DNA of 63,994 nt, filler included, from Sandaracinaceae bacterium (lineage in GTDB: Bacteria; Myxococcota_A; Polyangia; Polyangiales; JADJQN01), in NCBI GenBank assembly GCA_947483975.1. It is 8 parts of 8 records of this genome, joined end to end, with 100 filler letters (N's around TTAATTAATTAA, not from the genome) between each part and the next. Parts side by side here need not be neighbours in the genome. Positions count along the whole stretch, not along the records: positions 8,385 to 16,659 come from CANKOL010000243.1; positions 16,760 to 24,988 come from CANKOL010000244.1; 6 more parts are not named here. The stretch is one strand, 5' to 3'. Shown here piece by piece: positions 10,383 through 20,007 of this stretch. Below the pieces are notes generated by a model. It did no database searches. It was given only the letters and a program-made list of their open reading frames with translations, and was not told the origin of the DNA. How positions within the stretch are numbered: position 1 is the first letter of the stretch; each line of letters opens with the position of its first letter. A program made the position numbers and the translations under genes.

Positions 10383-11428
10383 CACACCAAGAAACCACCT
10401 ACGGGCAGCGAGTTGTCTTGCTGGGCATTGCCTTGCTCTTGACGACGACGGGTTGCACGCCCGCGGCCGTGTTGCGCCTGGGTGCTCCACCCCAGTTTCC
10501 GAGCCTACCCAGCCCACCAACTGTACCTGCCTCGCAGTCCGTGCGCGCGGAAGTGGCCCCCCTGGTCGATGCCCGAGTCGTCTCGGCGCGACTCCCCGGC
10601 GACCTTCGTACGCAGACCATCGCAGTCGCCGTCGAGGGCGACGAAGCGGTGGGAACCGCGCTGACTCCTCGGTTCACTCGGGCGCTCCTCGCTGCGGGGT
10701 ACACACGCGTTCTTTATCCAACCTCCGTGCAAGCCGTAAACGCTGAACTCGAGCGGAGCGGAGCGGGCGCCGGAGAGCGTACCGTGATTCACGGAACGGT
10801 TCGCCAACTGCTTCCGTTGCGCGCGTCGACGCCTGCCGACTGCTTGTTGGTGATCAGCGTTCAATCGGCTCAAAGAGTGGACCGCGAGCGCCGAGTGGAG
10901 GCTCGGTACGCCGACGGGGCGCTCGCCGACTACGACCGGAGATACCAAGACTTTCTCCGGGTTGCCCGTGGAACAAGCGGAGGGCTCTCGAGCTATGCGC
11001 GCGAGTCGGCCAACGCCTTTGCGACCTACCAACGGGAGGGGGGCACCGTCGTAGGAAACACTCGCGAGGCTGAGCTTGCCGCCGCTGTGGAAGCGTGGAA
11101 CACGACCGCCGCGTCTCTCCAATCGCAACTCCGTACGCTGGTCGCAAGCGCGCCGGCAACGAGCCAACTCGCGGCCCGCGCTGCGGCCGCCACCGCGGGC
11201 GGCATGGAGCACGTGTCGATGCCAGTCATTCGCCTACGCGCGACGCTCACCGACCTGCGGGCGGGCGAAACGTACTGGCTGGTGGACGTCGCAGCCGAGG
11301 GTACGGACGAATCAGCCGCACTCGATGGTGCCGTGGGAGCCATTCTGGCATCGCTCAGCGCCGGAGGAAATCCATCGTCGACTCCGCCCTCGTCCAGTCC
11401 CCCGCCCCCCGCACCTCGGGCGCGCTGA
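10379..11428 (+). CDS. Hypothetical lipoprotein (paralog B)
   Basis: ATGA overlap with upstream stop; signal ending TTGC; shares motifs with 9351..10382. Confidence 0.7.
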   Translation: MTHQETTYGQRVVLLGIALLLTTTGCTPAAVLRLGAPPQFPSLPSPPTVPASQSVRAEVAPLVDARVVSARLPGDLRTQTIAVAVEGDEAVGTALTPRFTRALLAAGYTRVLYPTSVQAVNAELERSGAGAGERTVIHGTVRQLLPLRASTPADCLLVISVQSAQRVDRERRVEARYADGALADYDRRYQDFLRVARGTSGGLSSYARESANAFATYQREGGTVVGNTREAELAAAVEAWNTTAASLQSQLRTLVASAPATSQLAARAAAATAGGMEHVSMPVIRLRATLTDLRAGETYWLVDVAAEGTDESAALDGAVGAILASLSAGGNPSSTPPSSSPPPPAPRAR

Positions 11429-11863
11429 CCCATCGAAAGCCGGCTCGACATACGCCGCTCAGCCGACCATTCGTTCACCTCGCTGAGCTGAGAACACGCC
11501 TTTGGGTGGAGAGCCTGCATTGGCTCATGGCGTTCGCTGGCTTGTGCCAGCGTGCAGCGTCTGGGCGCACTGCGGGGAGGTCGCGCTCGGTCTCGCGGAA
11601 CACCTTCACGCGGTTCCCTCCAGACCACATCCGGTGCGGCGCGTGGCATCTCGAGCCCGATGAGCACGCCGGCCTCGATGATCGCGGGCCCCGCCGATCT
11701 GGTCTCGCCGGTTGACGGTTCTGAATGGTGCTCGGTTCACGAGGGGCCGTGGATGGCGACCGAAGGCGACGGCCTCAGAGCGCTTCCCTAGGCTTGCCAG
11801 AGTTGACCAACCCGCATTGCTCGGCGCGGGACGAACGAAAAGGTCGTGGGTCCATCGATTCTC

Positions 11864-11892
11864 TTGACTGCCATCTTGTGTGGTGGTAAATG
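11864..11892 (+). promoter_or_regulatory. Possible sigma70-type promoter
   Basis: TTGACT-N17-TAAATG preceded by TG, followed by inverted repeat 11888-11912 and an AAGGGG RBS before ATG 11941. Confidence 0.35.
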
Positions 11893-11940
11893 TCCGGCGT
11901 TGTCGGACGTTTGTCACACATGAAAAGGGGCTAACCAGTT

Positions 11941-12270
11941 ATGAAGAAGATTTTGAGTTTGCGCGCGCTACTCCAAAGGAGCGGGTTGATCGTCTTGGCC
12001 GGGGCGGTGTGTGCGGTCATGGGTTGCACGTCTGCTCCGGACGTCGAGGGACAGTCGTCCTGCGCTGCCGTCGCGTGTACCTTGACCGACGACCGGGCAG
12101 GGTATGCCTATGGAGCACCCTATTGCGACACCGGCGCCTCGTCGTGCTACTGCGGCGCAACCTGCGGGACGAACGACGACTGCGATACGGGTTGTTGCGG
12201 CGTCATCTCCGACGGGTACGGAACAGTCGTCGGACACGCCTGCTCGCCTGCCTGTGTGTGCGGTCTATGA
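11941..12270 (+). CDS. Small Cys-rich lipoprotein
   Basis: MKK... signal with VMGC lipobox; 12 further Cys; stop overlaps the next start (ATGA). Confidence 0.7.
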   Translation: MKKILSLRALLQRSGLIVLAGAVCAVMGCTSAPDVEGQSSCAAVACTLTDDRAGYAYGAPYCDTGASSCYCGATCGTNDDCDTGCCGVISDGYGTVVGHACSPACVCGL

Positions 12271-13268
12271 AAGTGAGGTCACTCATGAACCGTCGCCCCC
12301 TGGTGCCGATTCTAGGTTTGTTCTTCATCGTCGGATGTGGCGGCACGACGGTGCAATTGAGTGTCCTGCGCCCGGCGCAGCTCAACGCCGCGGAACACGG
12401 CGGCACGATGTCGATCGGCGAGTTCCGCGTCAGTGATCCGAACTGGTATCAAGCCGGAACGCTCATCGCGCAGGACCTTCGTCAGCGCGTGGTCGGGGTC
12501 GAGGGTGGGGTCGTGCGCTTCATGGAGAGTGGCGGAGGTCTGATCATCCATGGTCAGTTGCTCGATCACACCTACGCGGAGCGCGTGACCACTCAGGCAG
12601 CGACTTGCAGTCGCACCGAGGGCACGGGTCAAGCGGCACGCACCGTCAACTACCCCTGCACGGAGTACACCCGTACGGGCCAATCGCACGTGAACATCAT
12701 CTTCAACGTGAGTACCTCAGGCGGTCAAGCCGTTACGGCGACCACCTTCGAGGACAACTCCACGAGTTCAACCACGGCGCGGGACCAGCAACCGGCGGCG
12801 ATCGATGGCGATGGGATGCTCCGCGCACTACGCGAAGGACTCACCGAACGATTCGCCCATGTCATTCTCCCATGGCGTGAGACCGTGGCCGTACACTTCC
12901 AGGACTGCGAAGCAGGCGCAGAGGCGCTCTGCGAGCGTGGAGTGCAACTCGTGCAAGGGGGCGATTATCCAAACGCGGTAGGAGCCTTCGAACAGGCGGC
13001 TTCTGCCATCGACAACTCGACGAGCACCGTTGCACCCGCCGACCGTGCTTCGCCGCATTGGAATCGGGCGCTAGCACTCGAGTACAGCGGGCGCTATCCC
13101 GAGGCAATCATGGCGTTCGGTCGCGCGATCGAGCTAGACCCGGGCGAAAGTGACTACCGCGAGGAACTCGCGAACGTGCAGCGAATGCAGTCCGACGCGG
13201 AGCGCTTGCGACAGCAGGGACTCGGCACCAGTCAGGCTGAGGACGTTCAGTCGGCGGCCGCCCAGTAG
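12267..13268 (+). CDS. Lipoprotein with C-terminal TPR repeats
   Basis: Lipobox IVGC followed by VLRPA; TPR-like WNRALALEYSGRYPEAIMAFGRAIELDP; alternative start 12285. Confidence 0.75.
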   Translation: MKVRSLMNRRPLVPILGLFFIVGCGGTTVQLSVLRPAQLNAAEHGGTMSIGEFRVSDPNWYQAGTLIAQDLRQRVVGVEGGVVRFMESGGGLIIHGQLLDHTYAERVTTQAATCSRTEGTGQAARTVNYPCTEYTRTGQSHVNIIFNVSTSGGQAVTATTFEDNSTSSTTARDQQPAAIDGDGMLRALREGLTERFAHVILPWRETVAVHFQDCEAGAEALCERGVQLVQGGDYPNAVGAFEQAASAIDNSTSTVAPADRASPHWNRALALEYSGRYPEAIMAFGRAIELDPGESDYREELANVQRMQSDAERLRQQGLGTSQAEDVQSAAAQ

Positions 13269-13277
13269 GAGCTTGTC

Positions 13278-14810
13278 ATGTGTAGCCGATCCTCCTGTTC
13301 GTATGTATTCGTCATGGTATTCGTCGCTAGCGCTGTGGGTTGCGGGGCACGTTACATGCCACCCCCAGATGGCATCATCGCACAAGTGCAGGCTTCCGAG
13401 CTCGCGCTGGCGCGTCAAGCCGTAGGACGAAGCGAATACACCACGGCAGCGGGTCGGCTACGCGGCCTTGTTCAAGCGACTCCAGCGAATACTCCTGTGG
13501 GCGCCGAGGCACGAACCCTTTACGCACAAGTAACGTTCGAACTTGGCGACTACGCCACTGCCGCATCGACCGCAGCCCAGGTTCCAGCCGGCTGTCCATT
13601 CTCGGCCGCGGCGAGCGAGATCGAGGGAACCTCGCGTCTTTTCATGTGCGATTTTGAGGGGGCGTCAAACGCGTTCTTCCGACTGGCGCCGATGGACGAC
13701 GTGCGCGCGGGCGTGTGGCTCGGAGTAGCGGCCGCCTGGACGGGCGCAGAGAGCAACGCTGTCGACTCACTTCAGGCGGTGGTAACGCGAAGCCCCGGAA
13801 GTTCCGACGCCGCTAACGCTCGGTTTTACCTCGCGCAATTGGCGTTCTGGGGTGGCCGCGACGTCGATGCCCATCGCACCCTCGAGGAGTTGCGGACGAC
13901 GCCGGGCTACCTCGATGACCTCGCGAGGCGCGCGACGAACTGGCTCCAGCGCGGTGTCCACCTCATGCGTGCCTATTTTACGTTCGACACGCTTTCGCGC
14001 GTTTCGGACGCGGGATTCTCTGCGTATTCCGACCGCGCGGACGCTGCTCTGCGGGCGCTGCGGCAGGCTCCAGCGGCTTGCTCCGCGCAGGTAGACCGGC
14101 TTGGCACCGCTCACGACACGTACTACGCGGGGCACCGCGCGGAGGTGGCGCGGCGAGCCGAGGCCGCCGCTGCGGCGGCCCGGGCGGCGGCCGAGGCTGA
14201 CGCGGCGCGTCGGGCAGAGATGGAAAGGCGCATCGCGGCGGAGGCTGCGGCGCGCGCCGCATATGAGCGACAGACGCGCGACACGGATGGTGACTGCATT
14301 CCCGATATTCGCGACCGCTGCCCCGCAGAGCCGGAGACGCTCAACGCCTTTGAGGACGACGACGGCTGCCCCGAGCCGACCGGGGCCGTGGAGATCGTCG
14401 GCGGGCAAATTCGCATTCGTGCGGGGTTCGCCGTGTTCTTCGCACCAGGCGAGTCCGCAGTCCTCCCCCAGTCCGAGCCGGTGCTCGCGGGTCTGGCAGC
14501 GATCCTCATGAGTCCCGCCTACGAGTGGATTCGCCGGGTGCGCTTCGAGGGGCACACTGACGACGTCGGGGACGCAGGCGTGAACCAGCGACTCAGCGAG
14601 CAGCGCGTGGGCGCCGTCGGCGGGGCGCTTATCGCACGCGGAGTGCGGGCCAACCGGCTCGACCGCGCGGCGTTCGGCGAGTCGCGCCCGGTCGATCGCA
14701 GCGGCACCGAGGAGGCGCGGGCGCGAAACCGTCGCGTCGAGATCATCATCGCGGAGCCGACCATGTTCGGCGGCGTGGGACGCCGGTGTCCGGTGCTTCC
14801 CGCCAGATAG
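13278..14810 (+). CDS. TPR + TSP3-like + OmpA_C peptidoglycan-binding lipoprotein
   Basis: Lipobox AVGC; TPR-like helices; DTDGDCIPDIRDRCP and DDDGCP; EGHTDDVG, NQRLSEQR, ARNRRVEI. Confidence 0.85.
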   Translation: MCSRSSCSYVFVMVFVASAVGCGARYMPPPDGIIAQVQASELALARQAVGRSEYTTAAGRLRGLVQATPANTPVGAEARTLYAQVTFELGDYATAASTAAQVPAGCPFSAAASEIEGTSRLFMCDFEGASNAFFRLAPMDDVRAGVWLGVAAAWTGAESNAVDSLQAVVTRSPGSSDAANARFYLAQLAFWGGRDVDAHRTLEELRTTPGYLDDLARRATNWLQRGVHLMRAYFTFDTLSRVSDAGFSAYSDRADAALRALRQAPAACSAQVDRLGTAHDTYYAGHRAEVARRAEAAAAAARAAAEADAARRAEMERRIAAEAAARAAYERQTRDTDGDCIPDIRDRCPAEPETLNAFEDDDGCPEPTGAVEIVGGQIRIRAGFAVFFAPGESAVLPQSEPVLAGLAAILMSPAYEWIRRVRFEGHTDDVGDAGVNQRLSEQRVGAVGGALIARGVRANRLDRAAFGESRPVDRSGTEEARARNRRVEIIIAEPTMFGGVGRRCPVLPAR

Positions 14811-14964
14811 AAGGACGCGGCCTTCGGCGTTCGTAAAATGGGGGCGGCCGGTACAGCCTTGGGACTGCCTGTCTCGCCTGCTCGGCGGGTGGAACTACGT
14901 GCACGGGCGACGATGGGCACGCGAGATTTGGCGAGCAATCGGTCGAAACGAAAGGGGGACTGTG

Positions 14965-16395
14965 CATGTGTGATCGGTTAGGCCCGGCTCCTCGACGAAA
15001 GCCGCTTCTTCGCGGCGGGCGTGGCGTGCCATCCGCGAAGCTGGTCGAGGATCGACGGCCGCCTGCGCCAGTTGGGGTCTTCACCGGTGTGGATGATGAT
15101 CACCGCGAGCTTCTCCCACTCCTGGGTCGCGTCGTCTCCGTCGCGCTCGAAGGCCTCGGCGATTCGGAAGGCGGCTGTGGCGAGCATGCGAGCGACGAGA
15201 CCGGCGTGCAACGGAGGACGCGTGCGCTGCTTGTTCTTGGTGGGCGTCACGCGGTTGTGCGTGTGCACGACGGAGTTGACGATGACCGACGAGATCAACG
15301 AAGCGTGTACCATCGCGCGCACGGCGTGGCCGCGCCTGGCATCGATCTCCTCGAGGCGATGACTGGATTTGTCGAGCTTGTTGTTGCTCTCGATCTCCCA
15401 GCGCACGCGGTACAGATCGGCGATCTGGTGGGGGCCGAGGTGGCGGCCGACGTTGGTGAGATAGAAGCGATAGCCCTTGCCGGGGGCCAGAACGCCAACG
15501 AGGCGCACCTTCAGATTCTCGGCGCCAACGGTCACATCGACATCGACGACGTTGCCGAACTCGAGATAGACGTCGTCGAGGAACAAGTCGAGATCGGTGC
15601 CCGGCACGAACGTCTTCTTGAGGTCGGCGCGGGCGACCCGTTGGACCTTGGGCTTCCAGTCGTCCTTGAGGCGAATGATGATGGAGACGCCGTATTGCTG
15701 GCACTCGCGCAGGCGCGCGACACTTGCGTAGCCGAGATCGACGAGCAATCCCATGCCACGCCAACTCTCGTCCAAGACCAGGTGCGGCGAGTCGTGTTCG
15801 CGCGCGGGGCTGAGGTGATAGCCGACAGTCGTACCGGTACCGACCGACAGAGTCTTGTGCACCTTGAGTGCGGCGTAGTCGCCGGTGCTGGGGTATTCAG
15901 TGACCAGATGTTTGTCGAGCATGACCGTCTCGGAATCGACGATGCGCCAGTCGCGCACGCCGCCGAGGATGCCGGGCAGATCGACTGGCTGGGCGCGCGC
16001 CCACTTCATCACGATCTCGCTCAGCTTCGCCATCGCGGCCTCCAGTGGCGGACCAAACCAGTCGTAGAACGAGCCTCGCACGACGCGCGGTGCGCCCGTC
16101 TCGAAGTAGTGCCGCATGATGTCGGCCTGGCGGCCGCCGGAGGGGCTCGCCGCCGCGATCAACATCGTGCGCAGGAACTTGATCGCGTCGCGCTTGCGAT
16201 CCCGCTGATGAAATCCAGTCGCCTCCGCTACGTCACCGAGCACCGAATCGGGCAGCATCGTCGCCATCATCTCTCGCAGCTCGGCACCGGTCATGCCCGC
16301 ACAAGATCATCACGCCGACGGTCGTGCAAGCGGCAAGTGCGCGACCCGGCCAACGGGTCGATCTTGCTCAGCTATTCGCTAACCGGCTACACATG
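14965..16395 (-). mobile_element. Complete IS4-family insertion sequence (1431 bp)
   Basis: 17-bp imperfect terminal IRs CATGTGTGATCGGTTAG (14965-14981) and CTAACCGGCTACACATG (16379-16395), 14/17 match; 11-bp direct repeat GGGGGACTGTG at 14954-14964 and 16396-16406. Confidence 0.92.
14978..16294 (-). CDS. IS4-family DDE transposase
   Basis: IVDSE (D1), LVDLGY (D2) and [15 protein letters not shown] (YREK motif); stop codon lies inside the terminal IR. Confidence 0.92.
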   Translation of the reverse strand: MTGAELREMMATMLPDSVLGDVAEATGFHQRDRKRDAIKFLRTMLIAAASPSGGRQADIMRHYFETGAPRVVRGSFYDWFGPPLEAAMAKLSEIVMKWARAQPVDLPGILGGVRDWRIVDSETVMLDKHLVTEYPSTGDYAALKVHKTLSVGTGTTVGYHLSPAREHDSPHLVLDESWRGMGLLVDLGYASVARLRECQQYGVSIIIRLKDDWKPKVQRVARADLKKTFVPGTDLDLFLDDVYLEFGNVVDVDVTVGAENLKVRLVGVLAPGKGYRFYLTNVGRHLGPHQIADLYRVRWEIESNNKLDKSSHRLEEIDARRGHAVRAMVHASLISSVIVNSVVHTHNRVTPTKNKQRTRPPLHAGLVARMLATAAFRIAEAFERDGDDATQEWEKLAVIIIHTGEDPNWRRRPSILDQLRGWHATPAAKKRLSSRSRA

Positions 16396-16403
16396 GGGGG
16401 ACT

Positions 16404-16659
16404 GTGATGCGACGGAGTAGCCTGATTTACGCGTGGTTTGTCGCTATGGTGGCGTTGGGAGCCGCCGGGTGCGGCGGCGACAGTGAAGTGGGTCCCCCGT
16501 GCCTGATCACGGGCTTCGTCGAGTCCGTGCAGCAGAACGCCGTCGACAAGGTCGACCTGCTGTTCATGGTCGACAACTCCGGCTCGATGAGCGAGGAGCA
16601 GGCGTCGCTCGGCTCCGAGCTGCCGCGCCTCGTCACCGTCCTGACGACCGGCGACCGCA
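16404..16659 (+). CDS. VWA-domain lipoprotein (myxobacterial CglB/CglD-like class), 3' truncated
   Basis: Signal ending AAGC; KVDLLFMVDNSGSMSEEQ MIDAS DxSxS motif. Confidence 0.75.
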
Positions 16660-16759
16660 NNNNNNNNNNNNNNNNNNNNNNNNNNNNNNNNNNNNNNNNN
16701 NNNTTAATTAATTAANNNNNNNNNNNNNNNNNNNNNNNNNNNNNNNNNNNNNNNNNNNN
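16660..16759. other. Artificial contig spacer
   Basis: N44-TTAATTAATTAA-N44. Confidence 0.99.
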
Positions 16760-17074
16760 CGGCGCGATGACCTCGCACGGCGCCGCGCTCGACGCTGCGG
16801 GCTCGGGCGCGCTCTGGTTCGGCGCGCTGGCGTCCGGCTCGCGGTCGCCTGAGTACGCCGCGGCGCTGAGCCTCGCGTCCTCGAAGTTCGCGCGCACCGG
16901 CGGCATACAGCCGCCGAGCGTCAAGGAGCCGAGCCCGAGGAGGGCGATCACGGTCTCCGGGGCTCGCAGCTGCCGCGAGGCGCGGCTGACGAGCGCGCGC
17001 AGCGAGGGCTCGGCGAACGCCTGGGCGAGCGTGGGGATGCGGCGGTGGGTGCGGGCGTCTTTGGGCGGCGTCAC
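16760..17074 (-). CDS. Hypothetical protein, possible lipoprotein, 3' truncated
   Basis: Hydrophobic stretch ending LGGC, then Pro/Ala-rich linker; start uncertain. Confidence 0.4.
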
Positions 17075-17150
17075 GCAGGGGAAACGCGCGCGGCGCCGCG
17101 ACCTTACAGCCGACCTCGCAGGCCCCTCCGCGGTGGCCTCGCCGGAGCGC

Positions 17151-18422
17151 TCAGGTCTCGGAGCTGTCGAGCTTGTCGACGGTGCGCAGCGCGGGGAAGA
17201 GGCTCGCCCAGAGCCCGACGACGCAGAGCGTCCCGATGCCGCCGACGACCACCGCGCGGATGGCGCCCGCGGGGCCGTCGCCGAAGAGCGTGGCGACCAC
17301 GCCCGACTCGAACTCGCCGAGCTCGTTGGAGGCGCCGACGAAGACCATGTTCACCGCGCTCACGCGCCCGCGCATCTCGTCGGGCGTGCGCAGCTGGATC
17401 AGCGTCTGCCGCACGAACACGCTGACCATATCGCTCGCGCCGATGACGAAGAGCGCGGCGAGGGAGAGCGGGAAGCTCCGCGACAGGCCGAAGGTGATCG
17501 TCGCGAGGCCGAAGACGGCGACGGCCGAGAACATCCAGCGCCCCGACCGGCGCGAGAGCGGGCGCTGCGAGAGCCAGAGCGCCATCGACGCGGCGCCGAC
17601 CGCCGGCATCGCGCGCATCCACGCGAGGCCGCCGACGCCGACGCGCAGCACGTCCTCGGCGAACACCGGCAAGAGCGCGACCGCGCCGCCGAGCAGCACG
17701 GCGAAGAGATCGAGCGAGATGGCCCCGAGCAGCACCGGCTTGCTGCGCACGTAGCGCACGCCGGCGAAGAGCGAGTCGAGCGTGACCGTGACGCGCCGGG
17801 CGACCTGCGGCCGCGCGCGGACCACGAGGAAGCCCACCGACGAGGCGAGCTCCACGACCAGGCAGGTCGCGTAGACCCACGTCGGCGCGCGCGCGAGCCC
17901 GTACACGAGCCCACCGAGCGCGGGGCCCGTGATCGTCGCGATCTGCCAGACCGTCGAGCTCCAGGCGATCGCGCGCGGCACGGTCGGTCCCGGCACGAGC
18001 GTCGGCATCAGGGCGCTCCCCGCGGGCCCGGCGAAGGCGCGCGCCGTGCCGCCGAGCAGCAGCACCGCGTAGATGGCCGGCGTGCCGCCGGTGCCCGTCC
18101 ACGCGATCAGCGCGAGCAGCGCGGAGACGACCGCCTGGGCGACGCCCGAGAGCGAGAGGATCCACCGCCGGTCGAAGCGATCGGCGACGTGCCCGACGAA
18201 GAGCGAGAGCACGAACGCCGGCAGGAACTGCGCGAGCCCGACGAAGGCGAGGTCGAGGGTGCGCCCCGTCAGCCGGTACACGTGGTAGCCGACCGCGAGC
18301 CCCTGCATCTGGATGGCGACCGTCACGCAGAACCGCGACGCCTGATACGCGGCGTAGTCACGGTAGAGGAACGGGGAGCGTGGCCCTGCGGGTGCGGCGG
18401 CCGGGGCCTCGGGGACGGTCAT
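17151..18422 (-). CDS. MFS transporter (EntS/MFS_3-like)
   Basis: About 12 hydrophobic segments; GHVADRFDRR MFS motif A; MRGRVSAVN and GASNELG. Confidence 0.9.
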   Translation of the reverse strand: MTVPEAPAAAPAGPRSPFLYRDYAAYQASRFCVTVAIQMQGLAVGYHVYRLTGRTLDLAFVGLAQFLPAFVLSLFVGHVADRFDRRWILSLSGVAQAVVSALLALIAWTGTGGTPAIYAVLLLGGTARAFAGPAGSALMPTLVPGPTVPRAIAWSSTVWQIATITGPALGGLVYGLARAPTWVYATCLVVELASSVGFLVVRARPQVARRVTVTLDSLFAGVRYVRSKPVLLGAISLDLFAVLLGGAVALLPVFAEDVLRVGVGGLAWMRAMPAVGAASMALWLSQRPLSRRSGRWMFSAVAVFGLATITFGLSRSFPLSLAALFVIGASDMVSVFVRQTLIQLRTPDEMRGRVSAVNMVFVGASNELGEFESGVVATLFGDGPAGAIRAVVVGGIGTLCVVGLWASLFPALRTVDKLDSSET

Positions 18423-18478
18423 CGCGGGGCCTGCATATACGGCTTGTGGCGCGCCGCGGCGAGCCCTAGAACGCCCGG

Positions 18479-18739
18479 ATGGCTGAGGTCGTCATCTACA
18501 CCACGCAGGTCTGTCCGTACTGCAACGCCGCCAAGGCGCTCTTCCAGAAGAAGGGCGTCGCCTTCAGCGAGATCGACGTCAGCGGCGACGCGGCCAAGCG
18601 CGCGTGGCTCGTCGAGGCGAGCGGGCAGCGCACGGTCCCGCAGATCTTCATCGACGGGAAGTCGTTCGGCGGCTTCAGCGACGTGAGCGCGCTCGATCAG
18701 CGGGGTCAGCTCGACGTAGCGCTGCGCGGCGAGACTTGA
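18479..18739 (+). CDS. grxC: Glutaredoxin 3
   Basis: CPYC active site, TVPQIFI, GG motif. Confidence 0.92.
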   Translation: MAEVVIYTTQVCPYCNAAKALFQKKGVAFSEIDVSGDAAKRAWLVEASGQRTVPQIFIDGKSFGGFSDVSALDQRGQLDVALRGET

Positions 18740-19326
18740 ACGCGCCGCTCCGCGAGCCCGCGCCCGCGCTGCTGCGCAACGCGCTCCTGCCGCTGTCGAT
18801 CATCGTCGCGATGGTCCTCTACTACGGCGTGCGGCTCCCCTTCGCCGTGGCCGCGGGCGGCGCGTTTCCGTTCCTCTTGCTCTACCTGCTCGCGCCGACC
18901 TGGGCGCGCGCGTCGGCCGCCGCGTTCGACCGCGACGTCGTGCCGCTGCTGATGCGCAAGGACCCCGCCGCCCTCAACGCGCGCTTCGATCGCTCGCTCG
19001 GGATGCGCCTCTTCGCTCCCCCCGCCGTCGTCGCCGAGCGCCGCGGCCTCGTCGAGGCGCAGCGCGGCCGACACGCCGGCGCGCGCGAAGCCTACCGCGA
19101 GGCCCTCGAGGGCTACGGCATCGGCGCGCCCCTCGCCGTGCTGCTCGGGCACGCGCACGCGTGCTTCGAGCTCGGCCTGACCGACGAGGCGATCCTCGCC
19201 TACGAGAAGGTGCTGATCCGCGACAAGACGCTGCCGCTGGTCAAGAGCAACCTCGCCAAGACGTACCTGAAGCGCGGCAAGCCCGACGACGTCAAGGCCG
19301 CGCGCAAGCTGCAGCGCGACGCTTGA
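18736..19326 (+). CDS. Membrane-anchored TPR protein
   Basis: TTG start overlapping grxC stop; two N-terminal hydrophobic helices and TPR-like C-terminus. Confidence 0.65.
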   Translation: MNAPLREPAPALLRNALLPLSIIVAMVLYYGVRLPFAVAAGGAFPFLLLYLLAPTWARASAAAFDRDVVPLLMRKDPAALNARFDRSLGMRLFAPPAVVAERRGLVEAQRGRHAGAREAYREALEGYGIGAPLAVLLGHAHACFELGLTDEAILAYEKVLIRDKTLPLVKSNLAKTYLKRGKPDDVKAARKLQRDA

Positions 19327-19336
19327 CGGCTCCTCG

Positions 19337-19406
19337 CTGAGCTTCAGCCCGGCCCAGCAAAATGCTGGACGTCAGCCCGGCCCAGCAAAATGCTGAGCTT
19401 CAGCCC
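19337..19406. repeat. Tandem direct repeat (24-bp core, 28-bp period) between convergent genes
   Basis: TCAGCCCGGCCCAGCAAAATGCTG at 19344-19367 and 19372-19395, each with mini-hairpin CAGCA-AAA-TGCTG. Confidence 0.8.
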
Positions 19407-19990
19407 CCGCCGCGCTTGAGCTCGGTGAGGACGAGCTTGGCGACGGACTTCAGCGTCTCGAACACGCCCGGGCCCGTCGAGGCGACGGCCTCGTAGTCGG
19501 GGACGTTGTTCGGGTTGAGCAGCAGGCGAAGCTCGTCGACGGGCGCGACGCCCGGCATATCGCGCTTGTTGTACTGGACGACGTACGGGATCTTGTCGAG
19601 CGAGTAGCCCTGCTCGGCGAGGTTCGTGCGCAGGTTCTCGAGCGACTCGGCGTTCGCCTCCATGCGGGCGATCTGCGAGTCGGCGACGAAGACGACGCCG
19701 TCGACGCCCTTGAGGATCAGCTTGCGGCTCGCGTCGTAGAAGACCTGACCCGGCACCGTATAGAGATGGAAGCGCGTCTTGAAGCCGCGGATCTCACCGA
19801 GCGCGAGCGGCAGGAAGTCGAAGAAGAGCGTGCGCTCGGTCTCCGTCGCGAGGCTGATCATCTTGCCCTTCGCGTCCGGATTCGTCTTGTTGTAGATGTA
19901 CTGGAGGTTCGTCGTCTTGCCGCAGAGACCGGGGCCGTAATAGACGATCTTGCAGTTGATCTCGCGCGAGAGGTAGTTGATGAAGCTCAT
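19400..19990 (-). CDS. mglA: Gliding motility/polarity Ras-like GTPase MglA
   Basis: [47 protein letters not shown]. Confidence 0.98.
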   Translation of the reverse strand: MSFINYLSREINCKIVYYGPGLCGKTTNLQYIYNKTNPDAKGKMISLATETERTLFFDFLPLALGEIRGFKTRFHLYTVPGQVFYDASRKLILKGVDGVVFVADSQIARMEANAESLENLRTNLAEQGYSLDKIPYVVQYNKRDMPGVAPVDELRLLLNPNNVPDYEAVASTGPGVFETLKSVAKLVLTELKRGGG

Positions 19991-20007
19991 CGTCGTGTTC
20001 CCCGCGC

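Noticed and set aside
11429..11860. Non-coding gap in the island as an ncRNA or gene remnant
   Set aside because: No recognisable structure, repeat or protein motif by eye; an Rfam or blastx search would be needed.
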